A DNA stretch of 64,000 nucleotides from Mytilus californianus. Its lineage: Eukaryota. The stretch spans positions 95,728,001 to 95,792,000 of the forward strand of contig NW_026262690.1 of assembly GCF_021869535.1 (NCBI RefSeq). The letters run 5' to 3'. The notes beneath the pieces were generated by a model. That model searched no databases and was not told where the DNA came from. It saw only the letters and a list, made by a program, of their open reading frames with translations. This document shows, piece by piece, positions 19,788-34,100 of this stretch. Each line of letters starts with the position of its first letter. Positions within the stretch are counted from its first letter, which is position 1. The position numbers and the translations under genes were made by a program.

Positions 19788-21160
19788 TTATTTTAGGAAA
19801 ATATCTTGTGGTTGAACTGGTTGTTTTTCTGGACTGTTAGCTTCATCTAATATAGAGAGTCCAGTGCTAAAAATGAAGATACTTTCTACTCTATCGATAT
19901 ACATGTACTTGGAAATCCACGTTTCACATGAATAAAAGAAAGTGATAGACCTTTTGATCCATTTTTCACCCAAGAATTTGTATAGTAATTAGTGAACTAT
20001 TGTAAAGTATTCTAAAGGTTTGCTGACTCTATCCCTCTCTCACAAGTAACACCAGCCACATATTATAAATAATAGTAGGCAGAATTAGGTATAGTCTTAG
20101 TTTGTTTTAGGCCAAGTTACCCAGTGCTCAGCAATGAATATGTATAAAGCTACATGTATGATGTTCTAAAATTAAGCAAACCAGGATACTACCTAAAAAA
20201 TTACCAAAACAAAATCAATTCAAATGTAGATCCAAAGTGTGAATGTGGTCAATTAGAAACCGTGGAACATTATTTACTTTTTTGTGAAAATTATGAAGAG
20301 GCTAGCCAAAACTTATACATAAGATATTTTTTAACACAGGATCAGTACATATTGATTTAGAACTTTTATTGTCAATAGAAAAAAACGACAACTCCTCCAT
20401 CTCTAGAGAAACACTAATGCGATTGTTGGGTGATTTTATCCGAGAGTCGCACAGACTGATTAAGAATTTTTTTTTTTTTTTCTTACAACAAATGTTAAAT
20501 CATATTTTTTCCATTTTTGTTTCTTAATATTTTAATACAGTTGCCACCTATATGTATTATTAAAGTACAAGTGAGTTGTTTACAAGAGTGAAAATTGTAC
20601 AGGCGAGACTTCAATATTTACAAGAGAGACAATCCAGTGTCAACAGCGACACCTACAGAATACATACAGTAGCAAACCAGACAACTGTCACAGTGGCGGA
20701 TCCAGAACTTTTCATAAGGGGGGCCCACTGACTGACCTAAGGGGGGCCTGCTCCAGTCATGCTTCAGTGATTCCCTATATAATCAACCAAATTTTTCTCA
20801 CAAAAGGAGGGGGGCCCTGGATCCACCTATGTGTCATGACTGTAGAACAAGACATCAGTTTACAGTTGTTAAATGTACTTAATTTGTATGATTTTCAGAT
20901 CAAAAATATTTTGGTAGATGTAGCTTTTCAACATAGTAGGAAAAATAAGCCTATGCATAAAAAAGGGGGATGGCCACTTTCTTGTACAGTTTGAGTTTTT
21001 GTACATTTTTTAAAAATACATAACATTCAAAGATAACATATGCATCATGATTTAGCACAGAATTCTAGTGAAGCATTCATCAGACACAATACCTCAAACT
21101 CTTAGCCTACCTGAGGTGCGGCCCATACTGCCATAGAATATTATCTAACATGTCTAACAT
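19788..21160 (-). CDS. Candidate two-exon 42-aa microprotein of unknown function
   Basis: Exon 21160-21111 (CAG|GTAGGC donor) joined in phase 2 to 19866-19788 (CTTCATTTTTAG acceptor) gives MLDMLDNILWQYGPHLSTGLSILDEANSPEKQPVQPQDIFLK*. In-frame TAA two codons upstream; minus-strand AATAAA at 19439-19444. No homolog recognised. Confidence 0.25.
20150..20470 (+). mobile_element. 3' fragment of a non-LTR retrotransposon ORF2 (zinc-knuckle C-terminus)
   Basis: INSNVDPKCECGQLETVEHYLLFCENYEEA matches the C-x-CG..ETxxHxLxxC terminus of I/Nimb/L2-type ORF2; frameshifted downstream. Confidence 0.7.
20691..20831. mobile_element. GC-rich MITE (CAGTGGCGGATCCAG termini) with 5-bp TSD
   Basis: TIR CAGTGGCGGATCCAG / CTGGATCCACCTATG; TSD TGTCA (20686-20690, 20832-20836). 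Confidence 0.8.
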
Positions 21161-21902
21161 AATTTAGCGATCTACCTACGTACGAATATTTAAATTAATA
21201 AAACAAAGGATACTAAAGACAATTCTCTCTAATGGTTCTAACATGTACAAAGAAGTAATTAAAGTGTACTGCAGATACCAGAAAGAACAGAAATCACGAA
21301 TTTTAACTAACGTCCCAATCATTTTGTGGCACTTAATATTCTTGTTTACGAATGTGCGTGACAGTTCCGGTTTGAAGACGGGAAAGATTTCAAAACCGAA
21401 TTGTCAACGATGGACCTTATAAATGACAACAATTAGACGATATTTTCATCAACTTTCAGCTATTCTGAATGCAATATGCTGAGACGTAGCAAAAATAGAT
21501 TATATATTTGTTTTCGTACAAAATTATTTCACAGGCGCTTGGTGGAATTCTTATTTTCAACTGAGACTACTATAACACATGTGTATACCAAGAGACATAT
21601 AATATACAATATTATATGTCTCTGGTTATACGGTAATCTCAGTTTTCAACATAAAAGACATCATATCATGATAAACTACTGTATAAATTGTGTATGCATT
21701 AGAGCTTTTGGGTATGACTTAATTTGCACTGTAAACCTTCGTTTTAATAATGTGTTACTTTACTACTTCTTATTTAAGACGAAGTCAGTGTACGTCATTT
21801 GGCTTTTTTAAATTATTTTTTATAAATTGAATGCAATTAGAATTCTATATAAAACCTGGGACTTTTATACTAACAGGATAATAGTCCCAGATAAAACTAA
21901 GC

Positions 21903-22040
21903 TGCAGTCCAGCCATTTTTAAAAGGGGGGGGGGGGGGGGGGGGGGGGTTCCAACTATATGTCTCCATTCAAATGCATTGATCGTCCAAAAAAAGGGGGG
22001 TTCCAACCCCTCGAACCCCCCCCCCCTGGATCCGCCACTG
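21903..22040. mobile_element. Related GGCGGATCC MITE with damaged left end
   Basis: Right terminus CTGGATCCGCCACTG; 24-G run at 21925-21948. Confidence 0.65.
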
Positions 22041-24428
22041 TGCATCTGATTACATGTGACATGTTTATAAGGAAATACAAGTACTGTACGGTTCCTCAGA
22101 ATCATCAAACATTCTTGAGCCAGGTGGACCCATTGAAATGTTTTAGTTGCGATGGATGCACATGCGTTATATATATGTGTTATGACAAAAATGCATATTT
22201 TACGAAAGAAATTCAAAAGAACCATGATACATTCATTGTTATTTCCTTGGATCTGGGACTAATATATGAACATCTGATTCCACAAATGTGTATCCAATCA
22301 AGGTATCGTATGCATATGTGCAAATGGTTGAGTTCCGCAATAGCCGTTCCGGGTTTTTTTCCGTTTACGTTCCGACCATTAGAATTTACAGATTTTCACT
22401 TCCGGGACGTTCAACCATTTTACGCAGGAAAATTCATAACAAGCCATTCATCATAGTATAACAGAAAGGAGAGCGACCATGTATTAATTCTATTCAACTA
22501 GTTACGTTAATTAATGGTAAGGTTAAGATTTATGAGTATGCTTCTTGTCATAAATGTGATAGTAAAGCGTAAAAAGCACGAAATTGGAATCAATACATGT
22601 GAAAACAAGATGTTGTTTTTCTTCAACCAACACGATTTAAAGACAAATTCTTACACATATATCCGTATTTGTTTGTTTGAAATCCACATTTTGAACATCT
22701 GTGCCTCATAATCATAAGATTTTATTCGAAAAACATAAGAAAGCTTTAAAATGGTTAAGGAGAATCCTCATAAAATGATAAATACTATAAATTTATAGGA
22801 TATATTATATCCAAAATTGGGTACATGTATCATTACTATCAGATTACCGACTATTTAGTGTTAAAAAAGAATTGTATATCTTCATAATACCTGTCATAAT
22901 GCAAATATTCATTTACATGGCAAAGTTTTTACCTTGAAGTTTAAGACCATAGTTCAAATGAGAACTTTTAAATACAAATCCTACTTTTTGAAGGCTGGTC
23001 CAAGAACACTGTTATCGTTCTTTAATTTTCCTGGTCCACTAATAGTCCCTATCGTGGACAGTGTATTAGTTGCATTTTTTTATTTCTTCATTTTGTATGC
23101 CTCAAATATGTAGCTACATGTACATGTATATAATACGGTTAAATACCGTACTAGGGGTGAAATTACATTGCTAAACAAATTTGGGTCATAAATTTTAAAG
23201 TAAAGTTATGATTATTGCAGTGTTTTCAATTTGGTCTAGACAAAAAAGGTTAACAACTAGTATATCTGAAGCATTCAAAAGAATTCAAGACCCCAGGCCC
23301 CTTAACCTAAAATTTTCCATACAATTAGTTAAGAGCTGATGAATTTTTCTTTTATTTGGATATACATGTATATTTTTTAATTTGCATTTATTGTTTAAAA
23401 GAAACGCACTACGAAAATAACTATGTTCTATGGCCAGCTGTTAACTTTGTTCCTGATGATCATATTCAGCATGTTCAGTTATGTTGTCTTTATGCAAAAT
23501 GAAGTCCCTTACCAGAATGCGTGCACCACAACAGAAAATATCTTTAAATCCAAAGCTTATATTTTTATCAATGACAATTTGTTGGGTATAACATGTATAA
23601 TACCCATTTATGAGGATCCAGATCCTCCTAAACCTTTATAGTATTATGGATTAACTCATGTGCATGTAACATGATTAATCCCCTGATAAACATGTTAATA
23701 TTCAACATGTACAAAGTCTTTAAAAAAAGTGAAAATTTCGTGAATTCAAATTTTCTCGCATGCATATTCGGCTCATAACAGGATATAAATGTTTGGCAAA
23801 GTCTTGTTTTCTACCTGTTTGTAAGCCTTGTACAAATAAAATTTACATTTCGAGTCAGTTAATGGTTATTTTATTGATATCTACACATATAAAAATAAAG
23901 AGATGTGTAATCAACACGATCAATGCCAATGAGGCAACAATCCACCAAAGTTCAAATGAAGTGGATTTAAGCAATTATAGGCAACTGTACAGCCTTCAAC
24001 ATATATTGACAAAACCCATACTCTCTAGTCACTTATAAAAAGCCATGACAGTACAGTTATGAAACAATTCAATTGAGAAAAATTAACAACCTAATTTTTA
24101 ACAAATTTTGTCAAAACAAATTACCATATGAAATGTGACAATTATCAACCAATGACAACTACTGAACTACAAGCTCCTGACAAGAACAAGCTGCAATTGA
24201 AAAAGGGCTCAACTCATAGGGTTGATTTAAAGCAGAAAAAACATCATACAATTCAGACAGGAGGTGGCCGCTTATTTATACATCACTCCCGTCTTCCCAC
24301 TTACAAAAATGTAACTACAGGCCTGTAAAACTCATTTGAACAGGCCAATGGAATCTTTATAAACTTTTCAAAAAATTGAGCTTCAGGCTTGTGGTCTCAA
24401 AAGTTTACCGTGAAGGCTGTTATGATAA

Positions 24429-24736
24429 TTAGGGCCCCGCCGAATGGCGGACGCCCTATAGTGATCAGTCTGTCCGTCTGTCAGTCCGTAACAAATTATG
24501 TCCACTCTATATCTAGAGAACCGTTATGATTTCAAAGTTTATACTTGACATGTATATTAACCAACACCAGAGGGTGTGTCATAATTTATGTACAGCTTCC
24601 TAGGTCAAAGTTCAAGGTCATAAACTTCGGTTTCAGTTGACAACCCCATGTCCAATGATAGAGATACAAATTTTTTACCACACATTATTCACAGCGGGGC
24701 CCACAGAGATGGCTCCCATCTCAATGATATCTAGTT
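24429..24736 (+). mobile_element. Compact HINE/pearl-like element
   Basis: IR GGGCCCCGC (24432-24440) / GCGGGGCCC (24694-24702); (GTCY)n microsatellite; 3' hairpin GAGATGG-CTC-CCATCTC (24706-24722); T-rich flanks. Confidence 0.82.
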
Positions 24737-25424
24737 ATTTTAATTATACTGTGTAAAATCTTGATATTTTAAATTATTTGAGACGACACAAAATTGCAGA
24801 AAAATATTATGCTTTGAAAAATTTGAAAATTTCTAGTGAGCGATAAGAGTTTAATAATTTTTTTTTTTCCAGAGTTATGTCATCAGATACAGAGTCAGAA
24901 TGTCAAGAAGAACAGCTGTCATTGGCAGAACTGTCAAAATGGGCCATAAAACCCTTTAAATTGCGATTTCTCAATAATTCGTTTTCAAACTCGATATGTT
25001 ATTGATATTTTGATACTAAGAAAATTATAAGGGTCAAGGTCACCGGCTTCGTTTTTGCTGTTTAAGTTTGAACTGAACTTTAAAATTCCTCGACTCATAT
25101 CAATTATATACTATTATTGTCATGGTTTGGCGTTGTATAAAAAAAGATATAAAAAAACAATGAAAACTAAAGCAAAGGCAACATGGACAACTTAAAACAC
25201 AACTAGGGGTGAACTCGAGTGCTGATTGTAAGCAATTTCACTAGGGACACCTGTCGTGTAATTCGTAGTAAGTAAAAATCTGCTAATGAGTCACATTCAT
25301 TGATGTCACAACCGAAGACAGGAAACGTAACTATGGCTATGAAACAGACAGTGACACGGATCTTCCATAACGGTTAACTAAGTCATGATGAGCATGATGG
25401 CGTCCATTAAACTTTAAAAGGGAT

Positions 25425-25575
25425 CAGAGGCGGATTTAGGGGGGCAGGGGGCCCGCCCCCTTTTTTTGGGAAAATTTGGTTGATTATATAGGGAATCACT
25501 GAAGCATGACTGGATCGGGCCCCTTCTTAGGCAGTCAGTGGGCCCCACATATGAAAATTTCTGGATCCGCCACTG
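25425..25575. mobile_element. GGCGGATCC-family MITE inserted in a PLE fragment, 5-bp TSD
   Basis: CAGAGGCGGATTTAG ... CTGGATCCGCCACTG flanked by GGGAT (25420-25424, 25576-25580); the copy at ~17490 has a single GGGAT at this site. Confidence 0.8.
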
Positions 25576-26997
25576 GGGATGACTTCAAGTTTGCCAATAA
25601 GAAGACTTGATTGAACAGCTTCCTGATAAGCAGTAACTTTCTAAGTAAGAAATCATGATAGGAAGTGCAATTAAGCCTTTGAATATTTTTAACTGGCATA
25701 TGTTTACTATATATATGCAGATTCTTGATGTTTATGCCTATTTGTGAGATTGAAACTGAACACAAATCTCGGGAGTTACTATGAAGTCAATATCTTATTG
25801 TTGTGGCAGTGGTTTTAGAAGTTAAATTTAGATATAGATTTTTTTGCATTTCTGTTCCTTTCTTCTTGCAGTTTTTTGCAGACAGGCCAAGTAACTAAAT
25901 TTCAATACGGATCAGATGCAACTTTCTTTATGGCCGTGTATTGCGTACCTATAATCGATGTTCCACAAAAATTGTCAATGAAATCACGATTACCGTTGTA
26001 TAACCACAAAATAGCCAGCAGATAGGATGCTCTTCACCCATCTGACATTTGATATTGTTCGACATTAAAACAGTTTGTTAATATGATGAAGGTGCTTTGT
26101 AACGTGTCCTTAAAGAATGTTAACAAATGAACAAACCTTAATACCAATATACAAAATTAGAAGCTTTAAAGAGCCATTGTCGCTCAACTGGAACTGTCTG
26201 CATTTTCAACACTAAAGACAAGAACAAAATATCACTTAGATCTCTTTTTTGTGTTAAAATTGTATTGTTAATATATTTTTTTCTATTTTCAATTTCCCTC
26301 TTTTTAATAAAGTTTTTGCCAAAAATACAAAAATGCGAAAACTCATCTTTCAAGGGCAATAACGTCTTTAAAAGTTTAAAAGCAAATTAACAATATCTGT
26401 TATGTTAACTTCTGTGTAGATCTTGTATTGCTGATCACATTTGCTGATTACAATCTTGTTTTATTATCTATTGTTTTGTGTCCAACACAAACAGAGTGAA
26501 AATCTTCCTTTAAAGTAAATGACTCTTTTATGGAGCTGACAATTTCAGTAATGGTGAATCATTTACAGATCTTGTCTTGCTCATCATTTTTTGATGTTTA
26601 CAATTTCCTTTTATCTACTATAGTTTTTGTTAAAAATGCAAAAATGGGTAAACATCTTCATTTAAAGACAATAACTTCTACATGGAGTAAACTGACAATA
26701 TGGTTTTCAAGATAATAAGCAAAAACAATATGGTAAAATCGTCATTTAGGGGACAAAAACTCCTACAAGTCGTTTGACAGTTTTAGTGTAAAAAGATAAT
26801 AGGTAGATCTCAACATTCTGAGCATTTCTGACAGTCAGATTTTAGCGGTTTTCAAGATATGTCCTATAATTAGCGGCATGTCGGCCATGTTGGTTAACAA
26901 ACGGGATAATCGGACACATTTTTATATTTTTTAATAGGATATCCCAAAGATATTGTGGTCATGTTTGGTTCAATTAGTCCAAAAATCCTTTGGTCAG

Positions 26998-27645
26998 GTG
27001 AGATAAAAAGAGGCAGAAGATGCCATGGGAAGATTCAAAACTCATAAGTCGAAGAGAAACTGTCAACTCCATTGCAAAAAAAAAACGACATACGACGAAA
27101 AACAAACAAGTCATAAAACACTATAGAGACTATAAAGACAGAAGCAACACGAACATCACCAACAAACTAGGGATGATCTCAGTTGCTTTGGAAGAGTGAG
27201 TAGATACTGCTCAACTCGTGGCACCCATTATGTTGCTTATGGTTGGAACTAATTCGGTGATGTTACAATGGAGGAATAGAAAACCGGATTGTGGTTACGA
27301 CAATTTGGACAATTTTATCATATTCGTTGGTCATCTGTGATACAGATATTCCGACAAACGGACATTCGATCCAATCATGATGGCGTTGGTAAAACTTTCA
27401 TAGGGAAGACTCCAACTTTACCACTTGGAACCCTCGGTTCATTAGCTTTCTAGTAAGCAGCAATCTTCTATCAGTGAAATCATGATAAGAAAAGCAAGCT
27501 CTGGAATATTTTATCGACTGGAAATATAAGACTCCATATGCAGGCGTTGCTTGAAAGTTACTACATGGAAATGGGAATTTAACAATTGGGAAGCTGAAAT
27601 CATCCCTTTTGTCATAAAGTTTTGATATCAACAAATGCCACATTA
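26998..27645 (-). mobile_element. Penelope-like element family A, 3' fragment
   Basis: KLYDKRDDFSFPIVKFPFPCSNFQATPAYGV...IKYSRACFSYHDFTDRRLLLTRKLMNRGFQVVKLESSL followed by the shared 3' UTR. Confidence 0.7.
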
Positions 27646-28129
27646 TAGTCCCTGTAGCGTTTAAGTATCACACATGCATGATTTCACAGCTATTATTACA
27701 AATGTATGTTTAAGTAATAGAAAAACAATAACTACATTTTATTTCAATATATAATATAACAGCACTTGCATAAGGACGGAACATTTTTGCATCACAGGTC
27801 ATAAAACTCAATACACAACATTTTCCAAAAATAAATTTAAATTTATGACAATATGGGACGTAAAAACGAACATTAAGCAAATGCATTTAGTTATACATAA
27901 AAAAAATAAATGCCACTTTTAGCTTAGAAATCTACTTTCAAAGCAACTTATAATATCACAGAAGATACTGAAAAATAAATATCCACATTTTGGCTGATTT
28001 CAATCATTTTATATTATAACAGATACACATTAGTCATGAATATACATATACTGATTTTGGTGTGTCCAAGTTTTTATTGAGCCAGTTTATAATATACGTG
28101 AGCAGTCAATGATCTTATTTATTGTACTG

Positions 28130-31100
28130 TTAACTCTCAGGCTTTTGATTCTCTTGTTGCTTCAAGAAGTCTCTGAAATGTAAATAAAAAGAATATCAGC
28201 ATATCTTCAAATTAATGATTATAGTCATTTAATGTGTAATAGCACTGGTATAGGAGACTGTTCTATGTAACTTGGTTTAGCAAGGAACATAAACATGATT
28301 TCATTTTCATATAGGAAAAGGCGGATACTGAGGCAGGATACTCTGCCATAATATGTATTAACTGCTATAATGGTCAATTATATTGACAATGCTGTTTTGA
28401 TTTAACTGCATCTGTTTAGCGTTTAACCATTAGTTTTTTACGAGTAATAATCATCTTTGTCCATTTTAATACCAGGCTTATAATTTGGTACGTCAGACGC
28501 GTGTTTCCGACGGTCTAAGCATGGAAGTATTATAATGACTTTCATTTGAGTTCCATGAGCTAAATAAAGTCAACAGTAGTAAACCGATGTTCAAAAGTCA
28601 TAAATCGATTGAGAGAAAACAAATCCGGGTTACAAACTAAGCCTTGAATTGACGTAGGAATCGCTGTATGTACGTGTTTGTCCTTTATTCCATTTTAATG
28701 TATTCATCATAACATAAACACAACAAATCTCACAAAGCAAGATAAAACCTATTGCTTGTATGCATTGTCAAATATATGTGCATATTTCAACGTTTTAATG
28801 TGCGTGTATGACTATAGGTATGACTCCTTTCCCATTGTGTGTATACGGGTCTTATGAGTAAAAAAGTGCATTTAATTGTGTTGAAAAAGTCATCAAAAAG
28901 TGCAAAAATTTCATACTATCCAGATCCCAATAAAACAAATGATATTACCAAAATAAAAGACGTATCACTAAAATATACAAAAAATATAAGACAAGGTCAA
29001 TAATATGATAGAAATAAATAGATATATATATTTTATTATACTTCATGTCAAAAAGCCAGATTTTGATTGGTTAATATGAGGGAAATAATTTACTCTATCC
29101 CATGGGAAACACTCTATTACTCGTCACGGAGATTTTTGATCAATTGTGCGCTTTATTAAATACGAATGGTCGTTATGTACAAGACGTCAGTTTATTTCTT
29201 TGATTTTGAAATTTTAAAGACAGTAATAACAGAACATTCAGTATAATAAATTAAGTAACACATATCTGAGAGAGTGATAGAGCAGATTGTTATTTTCTAC
29301 CTGGCTTGTCCTCAGTTGACAATGTTTTCTCGGGGTAATAATCTGCTCTACCACCCTCTCAGCTATATGTTATTTACATAATATTCTTAATGTTGTCATA
29401 CCGGTATAACTACATCAAAATTTCCAAACTACCCCTACAGTGATTGTTTTATTGTCAAAATTGAATACTTGAATGCAGGGTTTGAAGTTTTAAAATCAGT
29501 TTTGTTCATATGGTAATTAAACATCATATATGGAGTTTGTTATTTTTATTTAGAAACATGCATGGTTTAAGGAGTATGGATTTTTTTTAAATATCGTATG
29601 GTTGCTTAAATCTAGTAGTACGTCATTTGGACATATTTTTTAATAGCTGTCTCTTTGGCAATTATACCGCATCTCCTTATCTTATATTGTATATAGATAT
29701 AGGACGATGTGGTATGAGTGCCAATGAGACAACTCTCCATCCAAGTTACAATTTATAAAAGTAAACCATTATAGGTCAAGGTACGGCCTTCAACACGGAG
29801 CATTGGCTCACACCGAACAGCAAGTTATAAAGGGCCCCAAAAAAATACTAGTGTAAAACCATTCAAACGGAAAAACCAACGGTCTAACCTATATAAAAAC
29901 GAGAAACGAGAAACACGTATGAACTACATAAACAGACGACAACTACTGTAATCAGACCTTTTTTGGGTTAGTTATGCCTTGAGTGATTTAGTCATATCTT
30001 TTACACCATGGTATTTAATTGTTTGTTACGCCATTTGACACATTTCCTGGTTAGTATGACAAAGGATAAAACGTTCAGGATAAGTTTACTGTATAGTACT
30101 GAACATTATTGGATATAAGTTTATTTTAAATTTTGACATAACGATACTAGAATTTAACTCGAAAAAATCTACTTAACCAGAAAGGTAATGAATTTGAATG
30201 TTCACGAGAAATTCCAATTGTTGGAGTATCGCATATTCTTCAGCAAATTAATACACACCCGAAATAAATTCTCCCCGATTGGTCATCTGCTAGTTTAAAA
30301 ACAGCTTCTTGTACTTTTGGCTTATCATAAGGTACTGCAAGTTCCTGTAACATTGTAAAGAAAGCAAATATATTTTCTACCTATCAAATGTTTAAAATAT
30401 CGCATACTTTTTCCAAACGTCAAGATTGCCGATAAAATACTATTCAGTTTTATCACTTTTTGACTTGATTATACCCAAAATAATATATCTTGAAGTGCAC
30501 ACCAGGTATCAAGCATTTAATCTTAAAGTAAATAGTTTTTATCACTGCGTATCTTGATAACATTTTCATTTTTTTAATGTATTTGAATTTATCAGCTTGA
30601 CAATGTACTATACGAATTTGCATTGTTATTTATCTTACTATTGTATGTTTTATGCTGCAAACATACCACATGAGATGACTGTATAAACGTTTGTGTCTAT
30701 CGTATAATAACTTATACCAAGAAGTCATTAAATGTAATTGGATATCTTGCATTTATCATTCTTTACAATAAACTAAGATCAAATTACTGAAAATCCCCTT
30801 CCCTATTTGTTGGCATTAACTTACCATGATATCTTGGTGTGAATTAGAATGTCATTCGGGCTAACGCCCTCATGGGTGAATACTGCCCTCATGGGTGAAT
30901 ACTTATCTTCTACCAGCATATGCTTCTGAATAAGTTTTATTACTGACGTCGCTAAGAGGAAAATCATGTCCACTTTAATTTTAAAATTTCCAATTTTTGC
31001 CAAAACATCATCATTTAATTATATAAAAGCGTTGCAGTATAAAAACAAAAACATGCATAGTATCGGATTTAAAATTCAAAAATATACTCGACAAAATACT

Positions 31101-34100
31101 GGATAACTTAAAATCTTGCATGTTTTCCCGTTTCCAAGCTTATCACACATGTACATTAGGAGACAATGTATAGATTTTCAAGTAACATACCTCGATTGCT
31201 GCCATGAAATCTTCCGGTGTAACTAATAATGTCTGATCAGTGTTATATCTCTTTAAAATGTCTAACAAACGCATGTCATTTACAACTATATGTTCTTGTA
31301 ACACTAATATGGGAGCCACTTTCTTCTTAGGATCAATTCCCATTTTGCCTAGATCATCCGCTGTATTTCCAGTTCTTAAAACAGGTCCAAATGACACTTT
31401 AAAATCTGGTTTCTTCATTTTTATATCTTCACAGATCCTCAAGAACTCGTACTCAACTGGGACATCCTAATGTAAACAAAATTATAAGTTAAAAATGTTC
31501 TTTGGAAAATAAGTAAGCAGTAATTAATCTTCAGTAAGCATATTGAAAAACATTTTTCATTGACGAATTTATGAAACCAAAACGCTGGACCAAAATGAAA
31601 ATTATATTAATAAATTCGTCTCTGTTTTTTATCTGCTTATTATTTGTTGTTGTTTCATATATTCGATATCCTTTATTCATTTCATTTACGATATGTAAAG
31701 ATTCCGGTTGATTTAGAGCTTGTCACACAGAGTGGGTACAAATAAAAACACTAAAAGTGATATATAGAATAATTTGCATTCGGGTCAGAAGCCTCTCATG
31801 CTTTTAGGATAATGTACCCTTTTGTTGTTCAATACTAAACAAATGGACATTTTATAAAAAAAAAATCCACTGCCTTTCACCTTGTACTCCTATATTTGAC
31901 CATTCGGTGCTTACTAGATAAAGGATTATTGCATGCAGTGCTAGCAATGATTTCACTGAAACAGGTATTTAAATAAAGATATTGGTTAAAACAAGTATAA
32001 AAATTGACTTATTTTTTTATTCAAGTACACCTTCTGGATGCGCTCGACTTAAGTGACTCAGCATGAGTTTATTTTTATTGTAAAGGTTATTTAGGACGTT
32101 TTGTAGACAATAAAAGCTAGCACATCATGGGACAAACAAGTGAGTAATCTATGTTTAGAATTTTAAAACAAAAATCTCTGTAATAAAGTCTTAGGGTTTT
32201 TTGCAAAATTCGTGGCTTTATTTTCTATTGAATGCAATGAAAGATTTAGCAGTATTGCTTTACACAACGTTTCCTTTTGATATATGTAAAAAAGGGCACG
32301 TCACTTTTATTCTGTATTTCTGCGGTTTTGAAATTGTAACAGTTTGAAAATTTCGTAATACACGGTCCTACAGAATTGGATATTAACCTTAAATGCTGTT
32401 TATGTCATTTGTCTTTTTTATTGCTTAAATTTTGCCTTTATTTCTTGTTTTTTTTTTTAAATATCATAACTTCACTGCGGTATAAATGATCAACAGTATG
32501 ATATTGTTTTTATTTCGGCAAATTAACCAGTGCTTATACAGTGCATCACGATGACAGGTGTTTTCATAATGGTAACTTGCATTTATATATAATATAGTGT
32601 CAAAGGTTGTAACAATATCCCGTTTTACATACTATTTTCAATATGGAGATACAGAATGCATAGTAAAATAACTATGTCGGGGTAATCATTGAATATTTAA
32701 ATTTCAACAACTTCCTTCTTAGCTAAAATAGATATATAAAGTGCTTTTAAACAGTTTTTAGTAATATAAAAACCTGTGATTTTTCTACGCTCTACACTAC
32801 TCTTCCTAATGCTCAATTGAAAAATCGACTACATCAACTCGCAAAAATAAGAAACTTAGATACAAATTCCTTGTTTTAGGTCATTGAAAATCTTACTTTG
32901 TGAAGAACCACACTGATTACCACAACAAATACACCGAACCTTCAAATGCTCGACATTTTGATCGACAACATATTTATTGAGTTTGGAGGAAGGACCTTTC
33001 AGCAGACAGTCGGTATTCCAACGGGTACTAATTGTGCACCACTACTGGCCGACTTGTTTTTATACTCATATGAAGCAAAAATTTACACAGAACTTTCTCA
33101 AAGACAAAAAAATGTACTTCTTTAATTTCACTTTCAGATATATTGATGATCTTCTGTCACTCGGTAATCCACATTTCAATGAGTGCTTAAATTTTATATA
33201 TCCCAGTGAACTTGAAATCAAATATGGACAAAAGTAGAAGGTTTGCCTCATATCTTGATCTTTTCCTCGAAACTGACACAGACGAAAGACCGTACAAACG
33301 GGAATCTATGACAAACGATATGATTTCAACTTTCCAATTATCAACTTCCCATTTCTCAGTAGTAGCACACCCTTTTCTCCATCGTATGGCGTTTAAAGAT
33401 CTGAACATCGGTTAACTACTGTCGCATTAATCTAACACTTCAAACTATACATTTTATGTTTAAAACGAAATGTCAAGTGTTTTCTTTTCATTTGATTTTT
33501 AAATTATTGTTGACATATCAATATTATACTAACTGTTAAGTCCAGTTCTTCCATCTCACTACTTTCAGATTCATTGATAACCTTAGCCAACGCAATAGCT
33601 CCTGCGGTAGTTAATAGGTTATTTCCCATCTGTAACGAAATAAGAATAATAGATTTTGACAAAAGGCGAGATTAATTCCTATAAATGTGTGCAGTTTCTG
33701 TTTTCGTCTTCATCTAATTTTGAATTATTATTACTGCCGATTGATAAAGTAAAACTCAGAAGAATTGTATAATATTATGCGATGTCTAAAGATCCTTTTA
33801 AACAATCAATCTTCATATTTTCATAATTCATATATTCAGTTGAAAATACTATAGGGAAGGCATACTGTAGATTGTCTTATTAATTAATGAATATTTTTCT
33901 CAGAAAGGATTTTTGAACATCTGCAATTAAGGATCTTTATATTTATCAAGTTTTATTTTGTATGCAATATATCATAAACGAAAGAGCTATGATGAAAATG
34001 TGGCAAATAAGAACAAGGTTCAAAGACATTGATTCTGGATAAAGAACATTTCCCCTCGCCGTGCATATCAGAATCCTTTTTCTCATGAGTTTGAACCGAA

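Noticed and set aside
21959-22456. 165-aa ORF, the longest in the track
   Set aside because: Starts inside a G-rich MITE, composition is non-coding-like, no splice partners or homology.
22514-25020. Plus-strand gene from ATG|GTAAGG (22514) to an exon at ~24873 (or MSSDTESECQEEQLSLAELSK..)
   Set aside because: The putative exon sits in transposon-like sequence, yields only 29-43 aa, and has no homology or downstream exon chain.
28480-28515. GTACGTCAGACGCGTGTTTC, resembling part of hammerhead-bearing invertebrate repeats
   Set aside because: Sequence diverges before the CUGAUGA core; at most a truncated remnant.
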